Shown here: in pieces, positions 53,245 through 64,000 of the stretch | How the letters are laid out: the number at the start of each line of letters is the position of its first letter | Numbering within the stretch: position 1 is the stretch's first letter | Origin: Eledone cirrhosa | Taxonomy: Eukaryota | DNA: 64,000 nt | NCBI GenBank assembly: GCA_964016885.1 | Contig: OZ024741.1 | Coordinates: forward strand, 300,700,001 to 300,764,000 | Direction: 5' to 3' | The notes under the pieces: model-generated | The model's input: only the letters and a program-made list of their open reading frames with translations | The model's database searches: none | Told to the model about the DNA's origin: nothing | Made by a program: the position numbers and the translations under genes

Positions 53245-56200
53245 CGCGTGTGTGTGCGTGTGTGTGCGTGTGTGTCTGTGTGTGTGTGTGTGTGTTGGTG
53301 TTTGTTTGTATGTCTGGGAATGTGTGTGTATTGTCGGTTAAAAATCGTTCAAAAGCAATCGGATTTCGTGAATATTTTCCGGGAGGATACTTATTGATAA
53401 CTTAACAGGCTTCATCGAATAATTCAGAAATTAATTCGTTTGAGAACATATATCAAATGTACGTTTTTTTTTTGTTTTTGTTTTGTTTTTTCAAATTAAC
53501 TAGAGATAAATTGTTTCCATCTATATGTTTTCAAGAGCTGAATGAATATATTATACAATGTATTGAGTGGAATGACCATTGATCGATACAGAGTTATTAC
53601 ATACGTAATAATATTAATTCAAAACGATTATGTAATAAATATATTTTTTATGGTAATTTAATTCATCATATGTATAAGTACCTTTTTCTTCTGAATATAT
53701 TCATAAGATATATTGATAATATCTACTCGTATTTCATTGATTGTTATCGATGTATCAATGTACGTATTTGGTATTTCTATATAGACTTCTATTTTTTGTT
53801 CTGTAAAATGGTTGTGAAATATTAAACATTGAAAATGAATTGACCATCGCCTATGATATTTATATTAATGAGATTTTTGCCATGATTCTGTATAACTGCT
53901 ATTTATGTATGATGAAGCAGCAAAGAGTCAAATAGCTAACCACTTTTACTAGTTCTGTTTCACATATAACGAATCGAAGTACTTTTATGCACGTATTTTT
54001 AGCTATTTCCTTTTGCTCATTTTTTTAATACCGCTGAAAATTGTATGAATATTACCTTTTACTAATATGTTAAAAGTAATGTCAGCAAAAATGACATTAA
54101 TAATGCTATAAAACGGTTATTCGCTAGCACTATAAATGGATTGAAATAAACGAAGGATGAGAAAATATAGCTTTAAATACTTGTAAATATAGGGTACATT
54201 CTCTGAAAGTTTCTCAGCTGATGTTTCATCGAATACATAAATGATTATATTGTTATTTATACGTTAATACATAAGTATCACATTCTAAATAAAATATATA
54301 TACAAAGTGTGAAGTACATACTTATTCTAATTTTCTGGGCATCAATTTCCCTTTAAGAAGACGATTTTGCTTAAAGTGCTGCTTACTACCAAGTCTCTTC
54401 AATAGTTAACATTCTGAACATCAAAATGCACTAATTGATTACCGCTTACAAACAGGGAAGTAGCAATAATGTTAAACTTGAAACGATGCGTTTACTTCGT
54501 TTTTAAACAAATAGATTTAGTTGGTTGAAAATGTGATTCGAATTATCACTGCAAGGCAATAATTCACCTGTTAAGCAATAAGGTCAATAATATTTCATGA
54601 ATGCCTTAAACCTTGTTTGGTTTGCACTTTCTTGGATGTGAAGTATTTATCATGGAAACAAATATGCTAGGACTAAATTTGGTTTCCATAAAACTTGCAG
54701 CGTATCAGCGTGGTAGTTTGTGCACACCACCTTGAGCAAATGTCTTTTCATAAAACCTAATGTTGTCCAGCTTCATCAAAATTTGGTTGACGTACCATGC
54801 ATGAAAAATCTTTCTAATGGAAATGTTCGTGGACTTTTATGTCACCTTGCTACCGGGACTCTTTAAAGGAGTCTGCCAGTGAAGCTCTCCACTTTGATAT
54901 GCTTCTTTAACAACAGATAAGTCATGGTTTCTTCATTAGCCTATCACATGATTATCAGAGTATATGCAAAGTTCACACTTAACACCTTTCAAATATTCAT
55001 ATAAATGAAACGTAGAATTAGTGGCATACTAAAGAGACACAACTTTCTGAAACCAAACTGTTTTTCAGTCACACTTCAATGGACAGGCAATTGTTCTTAT
55101 GCTCCAGGTTATTGATAATGTTATCGCCAGTGTTTATGAAAATGGAAAAGCCTCTGTATGGACAACCTACTTTCCTGGCCACATTTTGCTACGATATGAT
55201 TAGTACAGCCACTCTATGCTGCGATCAATCTTTCTTCACCTGCTTTACGGAATTTGGTGGTAATATGATTGATGACTGTCACTCCGTGTGTGGTGATGCC
55301 CCATATTATATCACCGTTTCTTACAGTCTTGTTCTTACGGCTGAATACCTACTATTTTCATCATTCCTTCCACTACGACTGCGTGAGCGCCCCGTATATA
55401 AGACCCAGCAGTTTATTGTGCTGTTAACGTCGGCAAGTTTGAGTAACTCTTTGCAGTAGTATTCATATTTCTGTCTCATGTTTGCCCAGATAGGCGTATT
55501 ATCAAACAAAGAATTAAAAAGATATACATATATCACCATTGTCATTTAACCCTTCCATTACCATAATTTTACTTTATCCGAATTAATTAAAGAAGAATTT
55601 GGAGGCATTTACTAAAGTTGTTATACAACATCTGTCGATTATCATGGAAGTGTGTCGAGGAATCAATCCTTCGTTAAAACGCTTAGCTCTGACACACTTG
55701 TAGAATTTCGGGGATGGGCGGTCACTTGGAACATTCACCCCATACTTTTCTGTGAGGGCTACAGGAAACACCTTTTGTGTTCTTTACCAGCGTCTAGCTA
55801 TTTCCATCGGCAATAATGTGGTTTACATGGTCCTCATCCAAAGGTTTATTGACGCACGCTTTATAAAATCTCGTCTTCTCTGTCGCTTTGGCGGAGCTGG
55901 GTTAAACTGTTTATTTGAACTAAACTTCTGTACATACATATATAAATACATACATGCATTCATACATACATACATACTTTCACACGATACAACGCAGTGG
56001 ACAAAAGGCCAAAATCTATGTGGTTGTGAAGCGAATTTATTAATTACATAACCTTACATACATAAGTTCACGCGTATATTTATATATCCATACATATGTA
56101 CATACATGCAAACATATATCAATACATACCCACATACAACCAAATAGATACATTCCGATGCATGTAAAGAATGGAACGAAAGGCAAAAATGCTCACAATC

Positions 56201-57561
56201 ATATTCACATAGACATATGATAGGTTATTACATTCATTTCTCTCGCATCAGATGTTTACGTGAGGCTTTTCTGCCTTTCTAATCATTATAGGTGCCATTA
56301 TATTCGTAGTTGTTTGCAACCGCTTACCATATAGAATGTGTTAAGTTATTGTTACGTATTACTTCATGAAAAATCAGCTTCTTGACAGTAACGTTAATTC
56401 CAATATTCATTATTACAAATGTAATTCTGTGTATTGTCTATCTTTTGAATTGAAATAGTTTTCAGCGCAACTTGCTAATTTATGAAATATGTTGCTTTAT
56501 ATTTGACATGCTTCATTCAGTGATCGTTGATCCGGAAAAAATCTATTTCAACACAAAACTATAGATAACATTGGAATTTCAATATCCTTCACTAATCACC
56601 AACTCTCAAGAATATCTTCACATGATTATATAGGAAGAGACAATTATATTCAGTCTGGCGTGCTTTCTCTTTTATCGATTTTCTTCCACGAAAGAATTTT
56701 GGTCAGTTTCACTACATTTTGATATTACCACTTAGTTCTGTACCTAATAAACTTGAGCATAGATATGTAAGAAATGTCATTAAAGAATTCTACAATATCG
56801 AGTAATATTATATTATGTTAGACTGATCATTTCAGCCAGCTAATCTACAAATACTATATACATATCTTACCGCTTCTCATTATTATATACTAATTTAGAT
56901 AAGATGTTACTTACATTAGATTACTATACTTAAAGCATCGTAGTTACTAGTCACTTTCATTTTATATCAGATGTTCATACAAACTATATAATCTAAAATT
57001 GAAATGCAACCCACGAAATAGGTAAATGGTTGGGTGTTTCAAAATCGCTATCAATTACAAGGTTATCGTATGTTAATCGGATTCAGGCAGTTGCATTTAT
57101 ATATGTGTGCTACAACGTGTGCATTTGTCATGCTGACATTTCTATGTGAAAATGTGGACATAATATACAGAATTAAAAATAATTATTTCTCATTTAGGCA
57201 GGAGGTCAACAGTTTGTCGTGGAAAGTCGATTACATTGTATGTTATGTATATATATATGTGTGTGTGTACGTATGCATCCTTACATTTATGTATCAGCTA
57301 GGGCGAGAAATAAAATTCTAAATGTTATTGTTTATTTTTATTTTTATTTTTATTTTTATTTTTATTCTTATTATTATTACTATTATTATTTATCTGTCAC
57401 CCTTTATTTTTTTTTATATTTTACCCTTTCTGTAGTTTTTAATTGTAAATCTACAGTTATTTGTTTACCCACTCCCTCCCTAAAACACATTAATAGGTGT
57501 CTAAGAAAGGATCCCGGGACCTCTGTCAATGGTTTGGATGTGTCTTCGCATATATAAACTC

Positions 57562-57651
57562 GCATATCTGAGATGTTCAAGACGGTTCGGGCCCCCGACA
57601 TCATTATGACTGTACCCTGAGCTAATGGATACTGCAACAATTGTAATATGC
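57562..57651 (+). ncRNA. Degenerate hammerhead remnant
   Basis: gcatat CTGA-GA tgttca...tggata ct GCAA caattg TA atatgc. Stem I is a perfect 6 bp and stem III matches that at 24807; there are two core lesions. Confidence 0.5.
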
Positions 57652-57678
57652 CAATATCGTTTCTACACGAATTACTTT

Positions 57679-57741
<63 letters not shown>

Positions 57742-57746
<5 letters not shown>

Positions 57747-60507
57747 ACAGGAGGCTGGACTGGGGAAATCCTTGAAAGGTTTATTATACTATGATCATTT
57801 CAATAACCGGGTTCCATATGAATCTGGTGATATCATCAGGTATTGGAATATAACAAAGGAATGTGTAAAAAGCGATGGGTCCGAAAAACCATGGGTCCGA
57901 GAAACCAGAGACAGAGAGGGCGGCCGATCAACTAGCTTCTCAGCCAGCCGCCCTCAAAGTGTTGGCAACCGAAAACTACCAGTGAATATCTGGTAAGGGG
58001 GGCGCAGGCTTATCATGTACTACCACCACGCCGTCAAAGAAGAAGGGGAAAAAAGAAAGAAAGGGAGAAAGAAGTGTAGTGTAAGGGTCAAACTACATTC
58101 ATGTTAGAAAATGCCGTGAAAAAAATGCTACCCAAAGAATCTATAGTGGGTGTCTGTATGGTCTAATGTGTGAACCGAAGATTGGAACGTTTAACCTATG
58201 TTGCGATTTATAGGATGAAATAAATTAAATTAAAAATATTATATTGCAAAATGGTAAATTGAAAAATAGAGGTAGCGAGATTTATTTATTTAACGAACTT
58301 ACGGAGAGAATCTTATATGAAAAATTTTTTTTTTTTATTTAACTCGATAAGATATTAGGATGGGATATAGAGTAAAGATTTCGATTGGGAGTCCCAGCCA
58401 GCACACCCACCACCATGCGTCAGCCAGTCTCGAGTGGTATCGTCCAGCGAAAGAAATGGAAATTAATTTTTCCGAGTACTCTAGGAACGTAGCTAACTTT
58501 GGCCCCGGGATCGCTAGCGGGAAGCCCACAATTTCGACAGGCCATCGTCTATACCACGAATACTATTTATTAAATCACACATTAGGGGGGGGGGGTATTT
58601 ACGTGTCAATAGAGGCATGATACAGCTAATAGTTGTGCCCAAACCTGGAGTTTGTGGGTACAGGTATAATTAGGCGGCCAAAACAGGTGGCGCGGTGGGA
58701 CTGGAGCAGAGCAAGCCACTCCGAGTAATTTCATTTACCTAAAGAGGAGAAATTTATTTTTCCGAGCACTCAAGGAAGGCTGAACTTTCCGAGTGCCCAG
58801 CGCGCAGCCGGGAAAAAGCCACCACTCAAGTCAAACAATGAAAAGTGCAAATAGATCAAAATTATTTTAAATTATTTTAAAGTCCTAGTTAGTCCGCGTT
58901 ATAGGTAGTGTGGTTCTTAGGTGGGTAGGGGGCTATGAAGGTGCATAATGACCTGAGTAAGGAAAAGTTACTAAAAAATACCAATACATTGATAAAAATA
59001 TATTAATAAAATAATAGAAAATAATAAAATAATAAAATATACATTAATGAGATAGTAAAAAAATTAATAAAGGTAAATAAGAGTCAATATAGATCAAGTT
59101 GTAGTAAGATAATATAAGTTGTACATATAGATACAGATATATAGGATGGAGGAGATGGAATGGTAACAGATTGTACCTAGTATAAAGTTCGGGTTCCGAA
59201 TTCAGTGCGAGTCACAAAAAGTCCTGAGGTATAGAGTAGAGAATACAGTCAATACAATACAAGCTTTAGTATAATACGTAGAGTTTTGTCCGAATCGGAA
59301 TCCTTCCGACAAGGAAGTGGTATCAGGTGGCGGTAGATAAGGCGCAGAGCAGCCAAAGTCCGAATGGCAAGTAGATCAGTTAATCCCATGCTGGTAATAG
59401 CTGTACACTGAAGTCAGTGCCGCTGTTCAATATTACATTTTGAAGTGCTCAACATTATAGGAGCATTATTTCTTAAGGTTTGTTGGTTCACCACTGGATA
59501 GAACTGGTCATTCCGTATGGTCAATCCTGGTGTAATATTGTGAAGAGTACTCAACGCAGTGCAGTTTACCCACCTTCGTTTGTGTAGTTGGTGGTGCGAA
59601 TACGGAGTTAATTATAAATTAAATAACAGGAGGCTGGACTGGTGTAAATCCTTGAAAGGTTTATTATACTATGATCATTTCAATGAAGGGTTCCATATGA
59701 ATGCTGGCTGGGACTCCCAATCGAAATCTTTACTCTATATCCCATCCTAATATCTTATCGAGTTAAATAAAGAAAATTTTTTTCATATCAGATTCTCTCC
59801 GTAAGTTCGTTAAATAAATAAATCTCGCTACCTCTATTTTTCAATTTACCATTTTGCAATATATTTTTAATTTAATTTATTTCATCCTATAACTCGCAAC
59901 ATAAGTTTAACGTTCCAATCTTCGGTTCACACATTAGACCATACAGACACCCACTATAGATTCTTTGGGTAGCATTTTTTTCGCGGCATTTTCTAACATG
60001 AATGTAGTTTGACCCTTACACTACACTTGTTTCTCCCTTTCTTTCTTTTTTCACCTTCTTCTTTGACGGAGTGGTGGTAGTACATGATAGGCCTGCGCCC
60101 CCTGACCAGATATTCACTGGTAGTTTTTGGTTGCCAACACTGTGAGGGCGGCTGGCTGAGAAGCTAGTTGATCGGCCGCCCTCTCTGTCTCTGGTTTCTC
60201 GGACCCATGGTTTTTCGGACCCATGGCTTTTTACACATTCCTTTGTTATATTCCAATACCTGATGATATCACCGGATTCATATGGAACCCGGTCATTGAA
60301 ATGATCATAGTATAATAAACCTTTCAAGGATTTACCCCAGTCCAGCCTCCTGTTATTTAATTTATAATTAACTCCGTATTCGTACCACCAACTACACAAA
60401 CGAAGATGTGTGAACTGCACTGCGTTGAGTACTCTTCACAATATTACACCAGGATTGAACATACGGAATGACCAGTTCTATCCAGTGGTGAACCAACAAA
60501 CCTTAAG

Positions 60508-60508
<1 letters not shown>
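57742..60508 (-). mobile_element. Non-coding hammerhead-bounded element (1880-bp period) with ~800-bp inverted arm
   Basis: 57742-57822 repeats at ~59622-59702. 59702-60508 is inverted to 57742-58403 and to 59471-59702. (TA)n lies on both outer flanks. Confidence 0.9.
60249..60317 (+). ncRNA. Type I hammerhead (second copy at ~57782-57850 minus; half copy at 59662-59702 minus)
   Basis: atac CTGATGA t-atcaccgg attcatatggaac ccggtcat-t GAAA tgatca TA gtat, with palindromic ATGATCAT. Confidence 0.8.
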
Positions 60509-60530
<22 letters not shown>

Positions 60531-60538
<8 letters not shown>

Positions 60539-61433
60539 TAAACGGAATAGAAAATGCTGACAAATTGTTCACAGTGAAAAATAGTTTAATTAGGAATAAG
60601 TGATAATTAGTAATAGTATTGGTTAGTATTAAGTTTTGGTTTTAAGTTTTACCGGTTGCGCATTTCTAATGCTTTTCAAAAATAATTTTGAGATAGAGCG
60701 TCCGTGATGTTTGCTCTGATCAGATTAGTTTTGGGAATTCTACCTGTTTTTATGTTAAAAAAGTGGCTCCAGCGGTATTAAAATAAGTTTTGCGCCAATT
60801 CGTGTTGCAAAAATTCTTGTGGTCAAAACAATTTTGATTGGTCGGTAGAGGTCATGTGAATGTAAAAACTCCATTTTGCGCCAAATGTAGGTTTGTGTCG
60901 GCTGACTGAGAGATAAGTCTTTCACAACAAATATGTGTGTGTAGTAGTAGTAAAGAGGTTCGTTGTTGTGATAATGGTCAGCAGGGATGTGTGTGCGAAC
61001 CTCTTTACTACTACTACACACACACACACACATTTGTTGTGAAAGACTTATCTCTCAGTCAGCCGACACAAACCTACATTTGGCGCAAAATCAATTTTTT
61101 ACATTCTCATGACCTCTACCGACCAATCAAAATTGTTTTGACCACAAGAATTTTTGCAATACGAATTGGCGCAAAACTTATTTTAATACCGCTGGAGCCA
61201 CTTTTTAAACATAAAAACAGGTAGAATTCCCAAAACTAATCAGATCAGAGCAAACATCACGGACGCTCTATCTCAAAATTATTTTTGAAAAGTATTAGAA
61301 ATGCGCAACCGGTAAAACTTAAAACCAAAACTTAATACTAACCAATACTATTACTAATTATCACTTATTCCTAATTAAACTATTTTTCACTGTGAACAAT
61401 TTGTCAGCATTTTCTATTCCGTTTACCAATATA
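60531..61433. repeat. Foldback: ~435-bp arms, 33-nt spacer (inverted pLTR-like 5' end of the adjacent Penelope element)
   Basis: 60531-60962 versus 60996-61433. The right arm runs directly into the PLE ORF. Confidence 0.92.
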
Positions 61434-61442
61434 TCATAACTT

Positions 61443-64000
61443 GTGTGTTACACCTCTATTCTTTTAAATATCATATCCTCACACGAGATACAGAAAATGC
61501 CAACAAAAACGGATACAACTCTCATCAACACAAATGAAGAGATTCTACAGGAACTCAAAAAAATTAACACCAACCTATCTGTGCTGGTCGACAAACTTGA
61601 CTCCACAAATAAGGAAACCGTCACCGGATACAAACCCTCCGAAATCGGCGATAAACTCCAAAACCTTTGCGATACTATCCAAACTATGTTCACTACTACC
61701 AACCCAGGAAAGACCAACGAAGAACCATGTGAGATTGATTCACACAAAATAAAAATTCGAACAATTCCAAAATGGAACAAATCCCTCAGAGACAGAAAGT
61801 TCTCATTCTGGAAGATGATACAAAATCACAACAAAGCGGAGATATATGAAAAGTGGCTTAACTCAACCCCTCGTAAAATACAAGTAAAGTCCATTCCAAA
61901 TGAACCCGAACATCAAAGACACCTTAGAGAAAGAATGGCATTGGAAAAAATGAAGACAGAAATTGAACTTCTTAAACTGAGGGCCCAGACAAGTGAGGAA
62001 AAAATCAAAACCATCGAGGAAGAGATCCTCCTGGAAATCAACAATAAAACTTAAGGCCCCAAAGTAGAGAATATCTCCAAATTATAGAAAGGGGGCTGCA
62101 ACAGGAAAGAACTGAAATCCCTTCAACGCTGGGAAAAAAGTGCCGCTTGGCTCCTACACTATGAATCGACTTTTCAAACGGATTACACCTCCAATAACCC
62201 GTTAATAAAAATAGGAAAACCCATGACTGAACCGCACAACAACTTCGCAGACCCCCAAGCCTCTAACAAACGAAGAAGCAAGCACCACACGAAGATGAAT
62301 TTCCCAACCTCGCTACCATAAGAAGGAACAAAGACCCTAGAAATCATCTCCCCCAGAATGACATTTATAACTTCCCCCCTTCAAGGAGACACCATACCAA
62401 ATCACTCAACTACTACGCGGATGCCTCATCGTCAAACATAGGGAAAAGATACCACCACCATGATAGATGTAACAACTTCCCCGCTTCAAGGGGACAGCAA
62501 GGTAATTTCCATTTTCTCAACTCTCGCTTCCACAATACACAACAAACCCACACCACACGATACAACCAACAAGGTAGGCCACCTATAACACCACAATCCA
62601 ATATGGCACATAGAAACACACACCCATACTCGCAGTACAGGAACACCCCATTCAATCTACAACCACCAACCCGAACCACATTTTACAACAGCAAGGAATA
62701 TAACAAACACAGGAGACACTTAACATCAGCAGACAACCCCTCAACCCCAACCATTTTTTAGACACAGCACACAGATACAAGCAAACAAAGTAACACAAGA
62801 CAGGGAGGAGAAACCGATAGTAATAAAAATTATCAATCTTACTAGTGCAGAACCAACACCCAACCTTATCAACTTACTCTCCAAAGGTCTTAAATTCACA
62901 CCGACCCCACTACATCCTAACTACTATGAAATGAAGGAAGATATCACAGACTTCTGTAGAAAGTTACGACTCAGTGAACAACTATTCGACCAGTACAATG
63001 AGGATGAATCATTAGCCAGAAATAGAAGCAATTACACCCCATCAAAAGGTAGAAATAAAATCCTGGACGAATTCTGTGAACACATCACAAACATCCCTTA
63101 CCAACACTTGCACAGACAAAAACACAAGCCAAACCTCAACAAGAAAGAATGAGAAGAATTAAATCTGATTAAAAACCGACAGAACCATTACAATTAAAGA
63201 GGCTGATAAATGGAGTACAGTAGTCCTAATGGAGACAGCATTCTATATCAACTTAGCGCTCTCCACTTTTGAAAACGAAACATACTACGAAAAGGCTGAA
63301 CACTACAATCAACAGAAAATTATGAAAAACCTAAAAACTCTGATCAACCAATACAAAGAAGGACTCACTAACAAGGAATTCAGCTTCATCACAGACTTCA
63401 CAAGTAAATCCAGCCTTTTCTACGGTATCCCTAAAGTACATAAAAGCGAATTAATAAGTAAGGCATGCAAGGAAGCCACAGACATAGTCATCAATGTCCC
63501 CTCACCCAATGATCTCAAATTAAGACCTATAATAGCAGACCCCGCTTGCTAAACCCACCGCCTCAGCAACTTCATTGATACCCTTCTCAAGCCTTTTCTC
63601 AAACACATCAAAAGCTATATAAGGGACGACCTAGATATGCTCAATCACCTCCCTAATATGCCACTTTCTGAACAAACCCTACTAGTAACGTTCGATGTAC
63701 TCAACCTATACTCCAACATCCCCCACAATCTAGGAATAGAAGCTATCCAATTCTGGCTGGATAATTACCACAATGAACTCCCACAACGCATCAAAAAAGA
63801 ATTCGTGATAGAGGGACTCAAATTTATCTTGGAGAACAATTACTTCGTTTTCAATAACAAACCCTACAGGCAGAAATCTAGGACCGCTATGGGAACGAAA
63901 ACAGCCCCCACTTATGCCAATCTAGTCATGGGATACCTGGAAATCACCCTCTACACTAAAGTCCTAAACACATTTGGAAACACTCTCCACTTACACATAG
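61443..64000 (+). pseudogene. Penelope-like element (Neptune/Poseidon-type) N-terminal region and RT; continues past the window
   Basis: LLSKGLKFTPTP, FCRKLRL, IKEADK, FYGIPKVHK, LRPIIA, LVTFDVLNLYSNIPH, LENNYF and TAMGTKTAPTYANLVMG, with in-frame stops. A charged helical ORF lies upstream at 61443-62054. Confidence 0.9.

Noticed and set aside
55546-55905. TTAA-CCC...GGG-TTAA suggesting a piggyBac-type MITE
   Set aside because: Terminal complementarity stops after CCC, which is too little to call from one copy.
57772-60420. Three similar short ORFs (57772+, 59559+, 60016-)
   Set aside because: They are antisense readings of the repeated hammerhead region, with inconsistent stops and no recognisable motif.

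Overview
AT-rich, repeat-dense animal genomic DNA with long (TA)n/(CA)n microsatellites. The tRNA-derived SINEs resemble those I recall from octopus genomes, so a cephalopod source is likely but is inference. I see no intact host gene; most listed ORFs are microsatellite read-through. Recognisable coding content is decayed retrotransposons: a Naiad-like Penelope element (RT + GIY-YIG, 21.8-25.0 kb), a second Penelope element running off the right end (60.5-64 kb), an R4/Dong-type RLE LINE (42.1-45.6 kb), an L1-Tx1 LINE (47.0-52.7 kb) and RTE/Tx1 fragments. There are also SINEs, a non-autonomous Helitron and possible exons of a minus-strand pseudogene. The main signal is a dense set of largely unrelated non-coding elements that carry type I minimal hammerhead ribozymes (CUGANGA...GAAA with a palindromic stem III). 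Several share a head-to-head foldback architecture next to (TA)n. They include a ~450-bp tandem array, a 290-bp unit and a 1880-bp hammerhead-to-hammerhead unit, and look like Penelope-mobilised retrozyme-like elements. Two of them share an octamer/CTGGCAG upstream layout with identical spacing. All structures were read by eye, and coordinates of degenerate elements are approximate.
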